Shown: positions 34,744-45,174, counted from the first letter of the stretch. The stretch: 64,000 bases of DNA from Cyanobacteriota bacterium (GCA_046052125.1 JBJOMY010000002.1:96001-160000); one strand, 5' to 3'. The notes: generated by a model not told the origin, from the letters alone. Translations and numbers: made by a program.

Positions 34744-36006
34744 ATGGCCCTGTTTCCTGCACCCCGATTGAGGCCATGGCGGCGCCGCGGCCTGCTGCTG
34801 GCACTCCTTGGCAGCCTCAGCCTCACCGGCTGCAAGGGCGGGCTCGAGCTTCCGAATGTGCTCTACCTGGCGATGAGCACAAACAGCGATCAAGCGATCG
34901 ATGCCGACCTTCTGGAAGAAACGCAGGCGCGCCTGAGCGTGCTGGAACGGGGCTACCGCCAGCTGCACCCCGCGAGCCGGTTTCAGTTCGCGCTCTACTC
35001 AGACAACACGATCAGCAAGGCCCTGATCCGGCGCAACAGAGCCGGACTGGGACCGGATGTGATCTTCGTGAACGGCGAAACGGCTTTACGGATGCTGGCG
35101 GACGGGGTGGTCTCCCCCTACCCCGCAGCCCCCGAGCAGTTGAAGCTGTTCGACCCGGACGATCTCGATCAACTCCGCAACAGCCGCGGCGAGTTGGCGG
35201 GCATCCCGGTGGTGATCCAGACCCAGCTGGCTTGCTTCAACCGCAAGCGCCTACCTGAGCCGCCTGCCACGGTGACGGACTTGCTCGCTGCCAGTGCTGC
35301 GGGGAACACTGTGGGGCTCACCGTGGACCCCTACTACTTGTATTGGAGCACCGGCAGCCTGGGGGCGCTGAAAGGCATCAATCGAGCCATCGCCGGACAA
35401 CAACCATCGCCAGCCGAGGTGAGGCAGATCGAGCAATGGCTGGCTTGGCTCCAGAACGCCAACAGTCAGCAGCGGGTGACCTTCTACAGCGACCAGAAGT
35501 CCGTGATCGCAGAGTTCCTGGCTGGGCGCATTGATTGGATGCCCTGCAACAGCATCACGCTCCCAAAACTGCGCAAACAGCTCGGCTCCAGCCTCGGCGT
35601 GAGCGCCCTACCCAACGGCCCCGATGGCAGTCCGCCAAGCCCCATGAAGCGGCTGCGTGTGTTTGCTCTGGGCAGCAGCTCCAGCGCCGCCGGGCGAGCT
35701 CGTGCCATTGCGTTCATTCGATTCTCAGCTAACCCGCTGATGCAGCGCATGCTCACCGTGGGATCTCAAACCCTTCTGCCGGCGAATCGCTTCGTGAAGG
35801 TGCCCGTGCAGAGCTCACAGGTGCTGGCGGCGATGGAGCTGTCCAACCGCCAGAGCGACCAGTTCAGCCAGATCGTGAAGCTCATGCATGACGACGATCC
35901 GCGTGTTCCCAAGGTGCAAGCGCTCATCACGGAGCTCGTGTTTGGCGAGGAGAGCGCCCGATCCAGCACCGAAACCCTGATCCAGATCCTGAGGGGCAAG
36001 GCATGA
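34744..36006 (+). CDS. extracellular solute-binding lipoprotein (sugar/MalE-like family)
   Basis: RRRGLL...LSLTGC lipobox; [40 protein letters not shown]. Confidence 0.8.
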   Translation: MALFPAPRLRPWRRRGLLLALLGSLSLTGCKGGLELPNVLYLAMSTNSDQAIDADLLEETQARLSVLERGYRQLHPASRFQFALYSDNTISKALIRRNRAGLGPDVIFVNGETALRMLADGVVSPYPAAPEQLKLFDPDDLDQLRNSRGELAGIPVVIQTQLACFNRKRLPEPPATVTDLLAASAAGNTVGLTVDPYYLYWSTGSLGALKGINRAIAGQQPSPAEVRQIEQWLAWLQNANSQQRVTFYSDQKSVIAEFLAGRIDWMPCNSITLPKLRKQLGSSLGVSALPNGPDGSPPSPMKRLRVFALGSSSSAAGRARAIAFIRFSANPLMQRMLTVGSQTLLPANRFVKVPVQSSQVLAAMELSNRQSDQFSQIVKLMHDDDPRVPKVQALITELVFGEESARSSTETLIQILRGKA

Positions 36007-37247
36007 GAACCCTGCTGCTCGAGGTGTTCGGCTGGCTGGGCTACCTGGAGCGCCCAGGCGTGGTGCTCCAGCTCCTGCTGATGGCGGGGCTCGTGCTCGG
36101 AACGCGCCTGGTGCGCCGCCGCCGCTTAGTGCCCCAGCTCCCGCGCCAGGCCCTCACGCCCATCGCCCTGGGGCTGGTGGTGATCTGCGTGCTGATCCTG
36201 GCTGCGGTGGGACTTCCCTACGCCCTCATGGCGCTGTTGGGGGTGATCTGGCTGGGCTGGTATGGGCTGAACAGACTCCACAGCCTGCTGTTGCGCTGGC
36301 TGCCGGGGTCACGGGTGCACCAGCTGGAGAGCCGCCTGCTGCGGCCGGCTTATCTCGTTCTGGTTGCGCTGGTGCTGATCAGCGAGGTGGACAGCCTGCA
36401 GGATCTTGCGGTGGCTCCCCTAGGGAAGCTGTTCGGGGTGGCGATCAGCTTCGGCAAGCTGTTTCAAGCCCTGGTGGTGATCTATCTGGTGCTGGTGGGC
36501 TGCGGCCCGCCGGCGGCGGGGCTGGCCTGGCTGGTGCAGCGGGCCGTGGGGATGAGCGAGGGCAGCCGCAAGGCGATGGAGCTGATGCTCCGTTACGCCG
36601 TGGTGGGCGTGGGATTGGTGGCCGTAGCCGTGCAGCTCGGGCTGAACACCACCGCCCTGATCGCGGTGGCCGGTGGCCTGTCGGTGGGCCTGGGCTTCGG
36701 CATCAAGGAGGTGTTTTCCAACTTCGTGAGCGGCCTGTGGCTGCTGTTTGAGGGCTCGGTGCGGCCTGGGGAGGTGCTGATGCTCGATGGCGACCCCTGC
36801 GAGGTGAGGAAGCTGGGGCTACGGGCCACCCTGCTCTGGCGCGACCGCGACAACGCCGAACTGCTGATCCCCAATCAGACCTTCTTCACCGAGGCGGCCA
36901 CCACCTACACCGCCAGCGACCGGATGCGCCGCAGCCAGGTGAGCGTGGGTGCGGCCTATCACCACGACCCGGCCGAAGTGATTGCCCTGCTGGAGGCCAC
37001 AGCCTTTGAGGTGCCCCGGGTGCTGCACGAGCCGGCGCCGAAGGCTCTGCTCCTGAGCTACGGCGATTCAGCAATCAACTACGCCCTGCGCTTCTGGATC
37101 GCCAATCCCATGGACAACGTGGGCATCTGCAGCGAGGTGAACCAGGCCATCTGGCATGCCTTCAAGCGCCACAACATCGAAATCCCCTTCCCGCAGCAAG
37201 TGCAATACGAGCTGCCCTGGCCCTCATCAGAGCGGGCGGAGGCTTAA
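36003..37247 (+). CDS. small-conductance mechanosensitive channel family protein
   Basis: GGLSVGLGFGIKEVFSNFVSG, VRPGE, LGLRAT, IPN, VGAAY, IEIPFPQ; ATGA overlap with upstream gene. Confidence 0.92.
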   Translation: MRTLLLEVFGWLGYLERPGVVLQLLLMAGLVLGTRLVRRRRLVPQLPRQALTPIALGLVVICVLILAAVGLPYALMALLGVIWLGWYGLNRLHSLLLRWLPGSRVHQLESRLLRPAYLVLVALVLISEVDSLQDLAVAPLGKLFGVAISFGKLFQALVVIYLVLVGCGPPAAGLAWLVQRAVGMSEGSRKAMELMLRYAVVGVGLVAVAVQLGLNTTALIAVAGGLSVGLGFGIKEVFSNFVSGLWLLFEGSVRPGEVLMLDGDPCEVRKLGLRATLLWRDRDNAELLIPNQTFFTEAATTYTASDRMRRSQVSVGAAYHHDPAEVIALLEATAFEVPRVLHEPAPKALLLSYGDSAINYALRFWIANPMDNVGICSEVNQAIWHAFKRHNIEIPFPQQVQYELPWPSSERAEA

Positions 37248-37867
37248 CCAGCCGCCAAACGGCTCAGATAACCCTCGCGGCTGCCGGCATTGATCCAGCC
37301 GGTGGCGATGGTTTTGGTGTCGGTGTGGTTCACCCGCCCGCGGTGAATGTGCGAGGGCCCAGCGGGAAAGATCACGAGCTTTCCGCGCTCCGCGTCCTCG
37401 TGGTGGGCCTGCCAGTGAAACTCCGTGCCGGCCTCCTCCACGCTGTTGCAGTAGAGGATCCAGGCCAGCACCCGGTGCACGGGCTCCGTGGCTTCATCGC
37501 TGATGGTCCAGTCACAGTGCCAGCGCTTGAAACCCTCCCCCGGCGCATAGCGCTGCAGGTTGAAGATCGGATTCACAAACAGCTGCTGCTCGGGGCAGCA
37601 GTCGCGGAACAGGGGCCGCTCCTGCAGGTAGCGCTCCAGGCCGGCGCTCACGCCGCGCAGGATCACCTCCGCCAGGGCAAAGGCTTCCGGATCGGAGCGA
37701 TCGATCGCCACCAGGCTGATGTCGGTGGACACCTTGGCGGGCTCGCCGCCACCGGGACCGAAGGCCACACCAGGGCGCCGCAGATCACTGCGGCGATCGA
37801 AGAAGGCGATCACGCCATCGGCCAGGGCCTCATAGCCGGCGTTGCGGTAGCGGGCGATCAGCTCCAT
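37244..37867 (-). CDS. 2OG-Fe(II) oxygenase
   Basis: LQRYAPGEGFKRWHCD (HxD), WILYCN, GTEF, IFPAG..HIHRG, KTIATGW. Confidence 0.88.
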   Translation of the reverse strand: MELIARYRNAGYEALADGVIAFFDRRSDLRRPGVAFGPGGGEPAKVSTDISLVAIDRSDPEAFALAEVILRGVSAGLERYLQERPLFRDCCPEQQLFVNPIFNLQRYAPGEGFKRWHCDWTISDEATEPVHRVLAWILYCNSVEEAGTEFHWQAHHEDAERGKLVIFPAGPSHIHRGRVNHTDTKTIATGWINAGSREGYLSRLAAG

Positions 37868-38325
37868 CAGCGCTGCTCCAGCCAGGGGATGGCCACCAGC
37901 GCGTCCAGGTGCTGCCAGCGAGCCTGATCGGCGGGCACCCTGGCCGTGAGCCCCACCCGCTCCAGGGCCTGGGCGATCCGCTCGTTGGTGAGCACCTCCT
38001 CAGCCGGCCCCTGGGGAAGCACCAGCAACTGCTGCTCTGCGGGATCGGCCATCAACTGCAACTCCAGATCCCCCAGCTCCCGCTCGAAGAACACCCGCCG
38101 CAGCCGCCCCATCTGCAGGGGGCCGATCGCCTCAGCAAAGGCCTTGAGGCCGGTCTCATCGCCGCTGCAGCCGCAGTTGAGCGCCAGCCAGATCAGCAAC
38201 TTGGCCCAGCTCTCAGGCGTCCAGAGGGGCGGAAAACTGTCGCGGTGCTGACGCACCAGTTCCGCCAGGGCGAAATCCACCAGGGTGGCCTGCAGGGCCA
38301 GTGGGTCAGGGGATGCGGTCGTCAT
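37867..38325 (-). CDS. hypothetical protein
   Basis: LVRQHRDSFPPLWTPESWAKLLIWLALNCGC; stop overlaps the oxygenase start; start uncertain (38325 or 38334). Confidence 0.75.
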   Translation of the reverse strand: MTTASPDPLALQATLVDFALAELVRQHRDSFPPLWTPESWAKLLIWLALNCGCSGDETGLKAFAEAIGPLQMGRLRRVFFERELGDLELQLMADPAEQQLLVLPQGPAEEVLTNERIAQALERVGLTARVPADQARWQHLDALVAIPWLEQR

Positions 38326-38380
38326 GGTCACCATCTTCCCCACCGGCCGGCAGACTGCAGGCAGCTCGCCCGCTTCTGCG

Positions 38381-38635
38381 ATGGCCCTGGACTTCAACGA
38401 TCCCGATCTGGAGTTTTCCGATCTGGTGTACGCCTACCAGAGCTGGGTGATGGCGGTGATCAACGATGAAAAGCTCGACGGCGACAAGCTGCTCACCGAT
38501 GACATCGCGGATGACGCCTTGAGCGCCATGCGCTTTCTGCCCGGCGAGGTGACCGCAGCGATCGAAACCAGCCTGGCCCGCGTTTACGACGTGGATCCCG
38601 ACGAACTCGCCGCCCTGCTGTTCCCCGAAGACTGA
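38381..38635 (+). CDS. small highly acidic hypothetical protein
   Basis: 84 aa from ATG 38381, strong GC3 codon bias. Confidence 0.75.
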   Translation: MALDFNDPDLEFSDLVYAYQSWVMAVINDEKLDGDKLLTDDIADDALSAMRFLPGEVTAAIETSLARVYDVDPDELAALLFPED

Positions 38636-38646
38636 GCACTTAGGCC

Positions 38647-39459
38647 ATGGCTGACTCCAGCTATCTGCTCGGCACCCATGCCGAGGAGCTGGATCGGCTG
38701 CGATTCCAGCATCAGCTCTGGCTACCGGAAGCCCAGGCCGCCTGGCAGCGAGCGGGTCTCGCGTCAGGAGGTCGCGTGCTGGATGTGGGCGCCGGGCCGG
38801 GGTTTGCAGCGATGGATCTGGCCAGAGTGGTGGGCCCTTCCGGCCGGGTGCTCGGACTCGAGCTCAGCGCCAACTATGTGGCAGCTGGCCGCACCCTGGC
38901 CAGTGCGGAAGGGATGGCACAGCTGGAGCTGCGGCAGTGCCACCTGCTGGAGGATGCCTGGCCCGAGGAGCGCTTCGAGCTGATCTGGTGCCGCTGGGTG
39001 GCGATGTTTCTCCCCCGGCTCGAGCCCCTGCTCGATGGGCTGGATCAGTGCAGCCAACCGGGCGGCCAGGTGCTCATCCATGAATACGTGCACTGGGACA
39101 GCTTCGGCCTGTATCCCCACGGACAAGCCATCCGCCGCTTTGGCGAGGCCTGCCAACAAAGCTTCCGCCAGGCAGGCGGTGATCCGGATGTGAACCGCCG
39201 GCTGCCGGCACTGCTCGCCGCCAGAGGGTGGCGGATCGAAGAGCTGAGACCCCTACCAGTCGCGGGACGGCATGGCTCGATGGCTGCCCAGTGGCTGCAG
39301 ACGTTTGTGGCGGTGTACGGAACGCGTCTCCAGGAGCTGGGCTGTTGGACGAGCGCTGATGCAGCCGAAGCTCACGCTGAAATCAGCGCGGCCGCTGAAG
39401 ATCCCGGCAGCTTCTGGGTGGGCCCAACCCTGCTGGAGCTCATAGCCCGACGCGCGTAG
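38647..39459 (+). CDS. class I SAM-dependent methyltransferase
   Basis: VLDVGAGPG motif I, FELIWCRWV, QPGG. Confidence 0.9.
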   Translation: MADSSYLLGTHAEELDRLRFQHQLWLPEAQAAWQRAGLASGGRVLDVGAGPGFAAMDLARVVGPSGRVLGLELSANYVAAGRTLASAEGMAQLELRQCHLLEDAWPEERFELIWCRWVAMFLPRLEPLLDGLDQCSQPGGQVLIHEYVHWDSFGLYPHGQAIRRFGEACQQSFRQAGGDPDVNRRLPALLAARGWRIEELRPLPVAGRHGSMAAQWLQTFVAVYGTRLQELGCWTSADAAEAHAEISAAAEDPGSFWVGPTLLELIARRA

Positions 39460-39500
39460 GGCTCCGCCACCCCCCTGGCCGTCGTTTGCTGGCGCGCGAT

Positions 39501-40187
39501 TCAGGCCAGAGCGCCACCCTCGAGGTGCACAATCCGATCGGCGATATCCAGCACTTTGTTGTCGTGGGTCACCATCACAATCGCCGCGCCACGGGTGTCG
39601 GCCAGCTCCCGAAACAGGGCCACCACATCGCGGCCTGATTCTTTATCCAGCGCGGCGGTGGGCTCGTCGGCGAGCAGCAGCTGGGGGTTGGAGGCCAGGG
39701 CGCGGGCAATAGCCACCCGCTGTTTTTGGCCGCCGGAGAGTTTGGCGGGCATGAAATCCACGCGATGGCCCAGGCCCACTTGGGTGAGGCGCTCGCGGCA
39801 GCGTGCATCCATGGCGCGCCGCCCCTGCTGCAGCCAGCTTGGGGCCACCTCCAGCCCCAGGCGCACGTTCTGCAGGGCACTCAGGTAGGGCATCAGATTG
39901 TGGGCCTGGAAGATGAAGCCCACCTGCCGGCGCAGCTGCGTGAGCTGCTGCTTCGAGGCGCCGCGCAGCTCTTCGCCGAAAAGCCGCAGGCTGCCGTCCT
40001 GGGCGGCGCGCAGGCCTCCCACCATGGTGAGCAGCGTTGTTTTGCCCGATCCAGAGGGGCCGGTGAGGATCACAATCTCGCCTGCGTTCACGGTGAGGTG
40101 GATGTCGCTCAACACCTGTTTGCTGCTGCCGGCCTCCTCAAACCAATGGTTGAGGCCCTTGATCTCCACAGGGGCTGCCGCGGCCAT
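39501..40187 (-). CDS. devA: DevA-family ABC transporter ATP-binding protein
   Basis: GPSGSGKT, IFQAHNL, LSGGQKQRVAIARAL, ADEPTAALD. Confidence 0.9.
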   Translation of the reverse strand: MAAAAPVEIKGLNHWFEEAGSSKQVLSDIHLTVNAGEIVILTGPSGSGKTTLLTMVGGLRAAQDGSLRLFGEELRGASKQQLTQLRRQVGFIFQAHNLMPYLSALQNVRLGLEVAPSWLQQGRRAMDARCRERLTQVGLGHRVDFMPAKLSGGQKQRVAIARALASNPQLLLADEPTAALDKESGRDVVALFRELADTRGAAIVMVTHDNKVLDIADRIVHLEGGALA

Positions 40188-41348
40188 TCAGAACACCTCG
40201 GCCGGATCGAGGCGGCGCAGCTTGCCGGTGGCCAGCCATCCCGATGCGCCGCAGATCACCAGGGTGAGCGCAAACACCAGGCCAGCGCGACTGAGGGTCA
40301 TCGTGAGCAGCAGCCCTGTGGAACGCACCAGGATCTGATAGAGCCCTATCGACACCACAACGCTGGGGAGAAACGCCACCGAAGCCAGGATCAACGACTC
40401 CTGCAGGATGATCCCCACTACGAAGACATCGCCGTAGCCCATGGCCTTCATCGTGGCGTATTCGCCGAGGTGATCCCCCACGTCGGAGTAGAGGATCTGG
40501 TAGACGATGATCGCCCCGACGGCGAGCCCCACCAGCACGCCGAGGTTGAAAATCAGGCCAAAGGAGCTGTTCTTTCGCCAGTGCTCCATTTCACGATCCA
40601 TCAGCTGCGGGATCGTGAGCACCTGCACCGAAGGCTCGAGGAAGCTCCGCAGTGTGGCTTGCACCCGGGTGGCACTAACGCCCGGGTGCAGCTGGATCAC
40701 GCCGATCTGGATGTCGTCGTTATTGGTTTCTGGGAGGTAAGTCTGGAAGTTGGAGCTAGAGCTGATCAGGTTGATGTCGGCTGCAAAGGTGAGCCCGAGC
40801 TGGAACAAACCCACCACCTGGGCCCGCTGGCCGCGCAGCTCTGTGTCGTAGGGGTGCCCTGACGCCAGGGTTTGGGCGACGGGCCCGGCACTCTTTTTGG
40901 AGCCGCGATCAAAAAAGATGCTGTTGGGCCGCTCCAGCAGGCTGCGCTGTTGCTGAAGCTCCGACAGCTTCAGGGCGGGGTTGTCTGGGCTAACGCCAAA
41001 CAACAGGGCCTGTTTTTTCTGGCGGGTGTCCTGGTTGATCCAATCGATCTTGCCGATGTAGAGCGGCGTAACCGCCTTCACCCCTTCCACACCGAGGGCC
41101 CGCGCCAGCTGGGCCCGGGGCATGGTGAGGGGTTCCCCCAGGTTGCTGTAGCGGCGTGGCACCAGCACCAGTTGGCCATTGATCTGCTGGATCGGCCGTT
41201 TCTGACTGTCGTAGAGGGCTCCCGAGAGGCCCATCTGAAAGAACACCAGCACGTTGGCGAAGCCCACGCCGGCGATGGCGGCCAACAGGCGCATCGGTTT
41301 GTGGCTGAGCTGCAGCCAGGCCACCGGCGTGCGGGGCTTTGGCCTCAT
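40188..41348 (-). CDS. devC: DevC-family ABC transporter permease
   Basis: PVAWLQL...LLAAIAGVGFA, IVYQILYSDV.DHL.EYATMKAMGY, LRRLDPAEVF. Confidence 0.9.
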   Translation of the reverse strand: MRPKPRTPVAWLQLSHKPMRLLAAIAGVGFANVLVFFQMGLSGALYDSQKRPIQQINGQLVLVPRRYSNLGEPLTMPRAQLARALGVEGVKAVTPLYIGKIDWINQDTRQKKQALLFGVSPDNPALKLSELQQQRSLLERPNSIFFDRGSKKSAGPVAQTLASGHPYDTELRGQRAQVVGLFQLGLTFAADINLISSSSNFQTYLPETNNDDIQIGVIQLHPGVSATRVQATLRSFLEPSVQVLTIPQLMDREMEHWRKNSSFGLIFNLGVLVGLAVGAIIVYQILYSDVGDHLGEYATMKAMGYGDVFVVGIILQESLILASVAFLPSVVVSIGLYQILVRSTGLLLTMTLSRAGLVFALTLVICGASGWLATGKLRRLDPAEVF

Positions 41349-42337
41349 GGCTGGCTCGGCCGCTGCTGGCGTTGCTCCGGCGTGAGCGGGTCAAACACCA
41401 CGTTCACCTGCAGGTAGTTGACCCGGCTGGCCTTGGCGATCGCCTCGGCCGGTAAGGCGATCTTCACCTCCACCACCCTCCGGTCGACGTTGTCCCCCGA
41501 CTCCCCCGTGGTGACGCTCTGACGGCTCACCTGGCGGGAGATCGCACTGACGTTGCCGCGAACGCTGTGGCCAGGGAATCCATCGGCACTGATCGTGACC
41601 GCCTGGTTGGGCCTGATTTCGGGGAGATCGGATTGGTACACCTCGGCGATCACCCCCATGCGGCTGCTGTCCCCCATCTCCAACAGCCCGCCTTCGCCGA
41701 TCTTGTCGCCGGCATGGGCAATGAGTTTGAAGATGGTGCCGCCATAGGGCGCCCGAATGGTGGTTTTGGCCAACTCGGCTTGATCTTTGACCAGGGATCC
41801 ACGGCTTTCGATCAGCTCCGCCTGCAGGGTCTCGCGATCCGCAAGTGCCTCCTGCAACTGGGCCTCACTACTCTCGGCTTCGGCCTGCTTGGCCTCGTAG
41901 CGATTGGCGGATGTGGCCCCTGCTGCAAACAGCTCTTTGGCGCGGCGAGCCTCGGCCTTGGCCTGATTGAGTTCTGCGCGGTAGCGACGGATCACTGCAT
42001 CCTGGGAGCGCAGCTTGCGCTCGGCCACCGCGATGCTCGCCTTGGATTTCTGAGCGGTGGCATTGAGGCTGTCGAAACTCTCCAGGATCGCCAGGGGTTG
42101 GCCCTGCTCCACCCGTTGGCCTTCGCTAACCAAAATCTCGCGCACCCGGTCATTGCTCAGGCTGCTGGGCACGGACACCTTGCTGATGCCACCGAGGGGT
42201 TCGATGCGCCCCAGGGCAGACACTCTGCGGGCTAGCGGTGCTTCAGCCTGCGGTGCATTGCTTGGGAGCAGCTGACAGCCTCCGCTCAAGCCCCCCACAA
42301 GCACAAGGAGCGCCGACAACGCAGCGCGGTTAGCCAT
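41345..42337 (-). CDS. devB: DevB-family membrane fusion protein (HlyD family)
   Basis: VSALGRIEP, IRAP..G, AEVYQSD, DRRVVEVKI. Confidence 0.88.
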   Translation of the reverse strand: MANRAALSALLVLVGGLSGGCQLLPSNAPQAEAPLARRVSALGRIEPLGGISKVSVPSSLSNDRVREILVSEGQRVEQGQPLAILESFDSLNATAQKSKASIAVAERKLRSQDAVIRRYRAELNQAKAEARRAKELFAAGATSANRYEAKQAEAESSEAQLQEALADRETLQAELIESRGSLVKDQAELAKTTIRAPYGGTIFKLIAHAGDKIGEGGLLEMGDSSRMGVIAEVYQSDLPEIRPNQAVTISADGFPGHSVRGNVSAISRQVSRQSVTTGESGDNVDRRVVEVKIALPAEAIAKASRVNYLQVNVVFDPLTPEQRQQRPSQP

Positions 42338-42472
42338 GGCGCAGTAATGGGCTGGGTGGCGCTCAGTATGGCCATGGTTGGAGCAGGTGCCTAGGCCACT
42401 GCAACAGGCTCGCTCAGCAAGCCGTCAAACCTGCAAGACCGGCAATCTGGGCGGAGCGTTGCGCCGCACACC

Positions 42473-43375
42473 ATGCCCTGGACCCTCGCCGATTGTCCGG
42501 ATCAACAAGGGCGCACGGCCCTAATCACCGGGGCCAACAGCGGCCTGGGGCTTGAAACCGCCCGCGCGCTGTCAGCCCGCGGGGCCCGGGTGCTGCTGGC
42601 CTGCCGCAGCCACGCCAAAGCGACCGCCGCCTGTCAACAGCTTGGAGCAGTGGGCGGCGAACTGATCCCAATCGAGCTGAATCTGGCGGATCTCGAGAGC
42701 GTGCAACAGGCAGCCCGCACGGTGAGCGAACGCTGCGGCGCCCTGGATCTGCTGATCAACAACGCCGGTGTCATGGCTCCGCCCCGTGAGCTCAGTGCCC
42801 AGGGGCATGAACTGCAATTTGCGGTGAATCACCTGGGCCACTTCGCCCTCACCCAGCAGCTGTTACCCCTGCTGCAGGAGCGGCCGGGCAGCCGCGTGGT
42901 GCATGTGAGCTCGGGCGCCTCCTACTTCGGCCGCATCGCCTTCGACGACCTGCAGGGAGAACGGCGCTACGACGCCTGGGCCGCCTATGCCCAGAGCAAG
43001 CTCGCCAACGTGATGACCGCCCTCGAGCTGCAACGGCGCCTGCAGGCCCAGGGCAGTGGGGTGCTCTCCATCGCCGCCCATCCAGGGCTCGCTCGCACCA
43101 ACCTGCAGCCCACCTCGGTGGCAGCGCGGGGCTCAAAGCTGGAAGCCTTGGCCTACAAGCTGATGGACCCGCTGTTCCAGAGCGCCGCCATGGGCGCCCT
43201 GCCCCAGCTGTTTGCGGCCACGGCGCCAGGGGCAGAAGCAGGAGGCTTCTATGGACCGGGCGGACTGGGCAACCTCAAGGGCTACCCGAAGGCCTGCCGC
43301 ATTGCACCAGCAGCGCTGGAGCGCGAAGCCTGCACTCGGCTTTGGAGTGTGAGCGAGGAGCTCTGCCAAAGCTGA
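42473..43375 (+). CDS. SDR family oxidoreductase (retinol dehydrogenase/WWOX-like)
   Basis: [30 protein letters not shown]. Confidence 0.9.
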   Translation: MPWTLADCPDQQGRTALITGANSGLGLETARALSARGARVLLACRSHAKATAACQQLGAVGGELIPIELNLADLESVQQAARTVSERCGALDLLINNAGVMAPPRELSAQGHELQFAVNHLGHFALTQQLLPLLQERPGSRVVHVSSGASYFGRIAFDDLQGERRYDAWAAYAQSKLANVMTALELQRRLQAQGSGVLSIAAHPGLARTNLQPTSVAARGSKLEALAYKLMDPLFQSAAMGALPQLFAATAPGAEAGGFYGPGGLGNLKGYPKACRIAPAALEREACTRLWSVSEELCQS

Positions 43376-43445
43376 GGCCGGCGCCGGCCAAGCGGAGCTG
43401 CGGGGAATGCGGGGAATGTTCGGCTCAGTTCCCTCGGCCCCTGGC

Positions 43446-43613
43446 ATGCACACAGCCCCCACCCCGGCTCAGCAATCGGTCCTCGCCCTATTGCGCGCGC
43501 CCACTCAGAACGATTGGCTGGGCCCTCTGCAGCCGTGGGTGAACCTGTGCCGCCGTGGCGTGGATCCCCAGGAGGCCTGGCAACAGCTGCAAAGCCAAGA
43601 AAAAACCCGGTGA
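43446..43613 (+). CDS. possible small hypothetical protein
   Basis: 55 aa from ATG 43446 in an otherwise empty gap; no recognisable motif. Confidence 0.35.
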   Translation: MHTAPTPAQQSVLALLRAPTQNDWLGPLQPWVNLCRRGVDPQEAWQQLQSQEKTR

Positions 43614-43746
43614 CGGAGATCACCGGGTCCCATCCCCTTGTCGTTGCTGGGCGCATTGGAGCGCGGGGCCGCGCCAGCTGCCATAGGTGAGATCACTCAA
43701 CACTGCGCGATTTGATCGCTACGGTTCGCGCAGTGAAGCCGACCCA

Positions 43747-44052
43747 ATGAGCTACACCGTCCTCAAGTTCAGCTCGGAAGATTGCGGCACCTGCCATCGC
43801 ATGAGTCATTACGACGCCGCGGTCTGCACCGAACTGGGCTGCAGCTTCGTGAGCGTGATGCTGCAGGACACCGACACCTACCGGCGTTACCGGCGCGTGT
43901 TGATGGCTCAATACCCGGACAAACAGGGCATGGGCTGGCCCACCTATCTCGTGGTGAGTGATCCAGAAGGCGAGTTCACCATCCATGGCGAACTCAGAGG
44001 CGGCATGCCCAAGGGCGATTTCCGCACACGCCTCGGCGGCTTGATTCCCTGA
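43747..44052 (+). CDS. thioredoxin-like protein
   Basis: KFSSEDCGTC (CxxC), GWPTY cis-Pro loop. Confidence 0.8.
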   Translation: MSYTVLKFSSEDCGTCHRMSHYDAAVCTELGCSFVSVMLQDTDTYRRYRRVLMAQYPDKQGMGWPTYLVVSDPEGEFTIHGELRGGMPKGDFRTRLGGLIP

Positions 44053-44124
<72 letters not shown>

Positions 44125-44162
44125 GGCTCGGCCATTCTGCAACGCGACACCTGCCACAAGCC

Positions 44163-44684
44163 ATGGCCAGCGGCCAGCAGCACGACCGCGCCACCTGGCT
44201 GCTCGCCCTGCCCTACGGGCTGCTCTGGGCCCCCTGGCTGGGGCTGGCCGGCATCGCAGCCGGAGCGCTGGCGTTTCTGATCGGGGGGCTTTGGCTCTCC
44301 CCTGATCTCGACACCCGCTCCAACCCCAGCCGCCGTTGGGGGCCGCTGCGCCTGCTCTGGGAGCCCTACCGGCGCTTGCTCCGCCATCGCTCCTTGCTCT
44401 CACACTCACCGTTCCTGGGAAGCGCCGGGCGGCTGCTGTACCTGGGGGCGCTGATCGCCGGGCTGGCTTGGCTGCTTCAGCCCTGGGGCGCGCCGAGCCC
44501 ACTGCAACTCGGCCGAAGCCTGCACATGCTCTGGCAGGAGCAGCGCGGCCTCAGCCTCGCGGTGCTGATCGGCGTGGAAGCCAGCACTTGGCTGCACCTG
44601 ATCCAGGACGGCGATCCAATGCCCCGCTGGCCACGGCCTCGACGATCACCGAAGCGAAAGCGGCGGCAAGCCCATCGATTTTGA
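44163..44684 (+). CDS. DUF2227-family putative metal-binding membrane protein
   Basis: MASGQQHDR, LSPDLD, RWG, PY...HRS.LSH, HLIQD. Confidence 0.85.
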   Translation: MASGQQHDRATWLLALPYGLLWAPWLGLAGIAAGALAFLIGGLWLSPDLDTRSNPSRRWGPLRLLWEPYRRLLRHRSLLSHSPFLGSAGRLLYLGALIAGLAWLLQPWGAPSPLQLGRSLHMLWQEQRGLSLAVLIGVEASTWLHLIQDGDPMPRWPRPRRSPKRKRRQAHRF

Positions 44685-44938
44685 GGACGCAGCAGCGAAC
44701 GCGCCGGAAGACACTCGGCAAGACAACAGCGCAAGGATCACACTGAGACCTGCAGCATCAAGCTGCAAAGTGCTGCATAAAGACGCAAGAAGTGGCGCCG
44801 ACATCAAGCGCTGCAACGACAGACTTGCTCAAAAGCGCAGCCTTGCCGCCAAAACGCACTGATCAAGAAAGAATAAAGAGAATCTATAGACGGAATAGGG
44901 GTATTGACGCTTAGTTGATAGAGCGGACGAATCAAGCC

Positions 44939-45121
44939 ATGCACAACGAACTGAGCTCGCCCAAACAACAGCCCTGGGCGACCACAGCCCGATTTCGCAC
45001 CCCAAAACGTATCACCATCACGCTGCCCTATGGAACCTATCAACGCTTGATCGATCGGAGCGATCACGAAGGAAGGTCGTTGAGCAATCTGGCGGCATTC
45101 TTACTAGAGACAGCTGCATAA
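44939..45121 (+). CDS. ribbon-helix-helix (CopG/Arc-like) DNA-binding protein
   Basis: KRITITLP beta ribbon, helix, EGRSLSNLAAFLLE second helix. Confidence 0.75.
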   Translation: MHNELSSPKQQPWATTARFRTPKRITITLPYGTYQRLIDRSDHEGRSLSNLAAFLLETAA

Positions 45122-45174
45122 AAGCCAACTATCATCTCGCGATCACCAACCACCACTGCCAACGGAGTGGCATC

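Noticed and set aside
43399..43418. Tandem TGCGGGGAA repeat as a CRISPR or functional array
   Set aside because: Only two adjacent copies, no spacers, no cas genes
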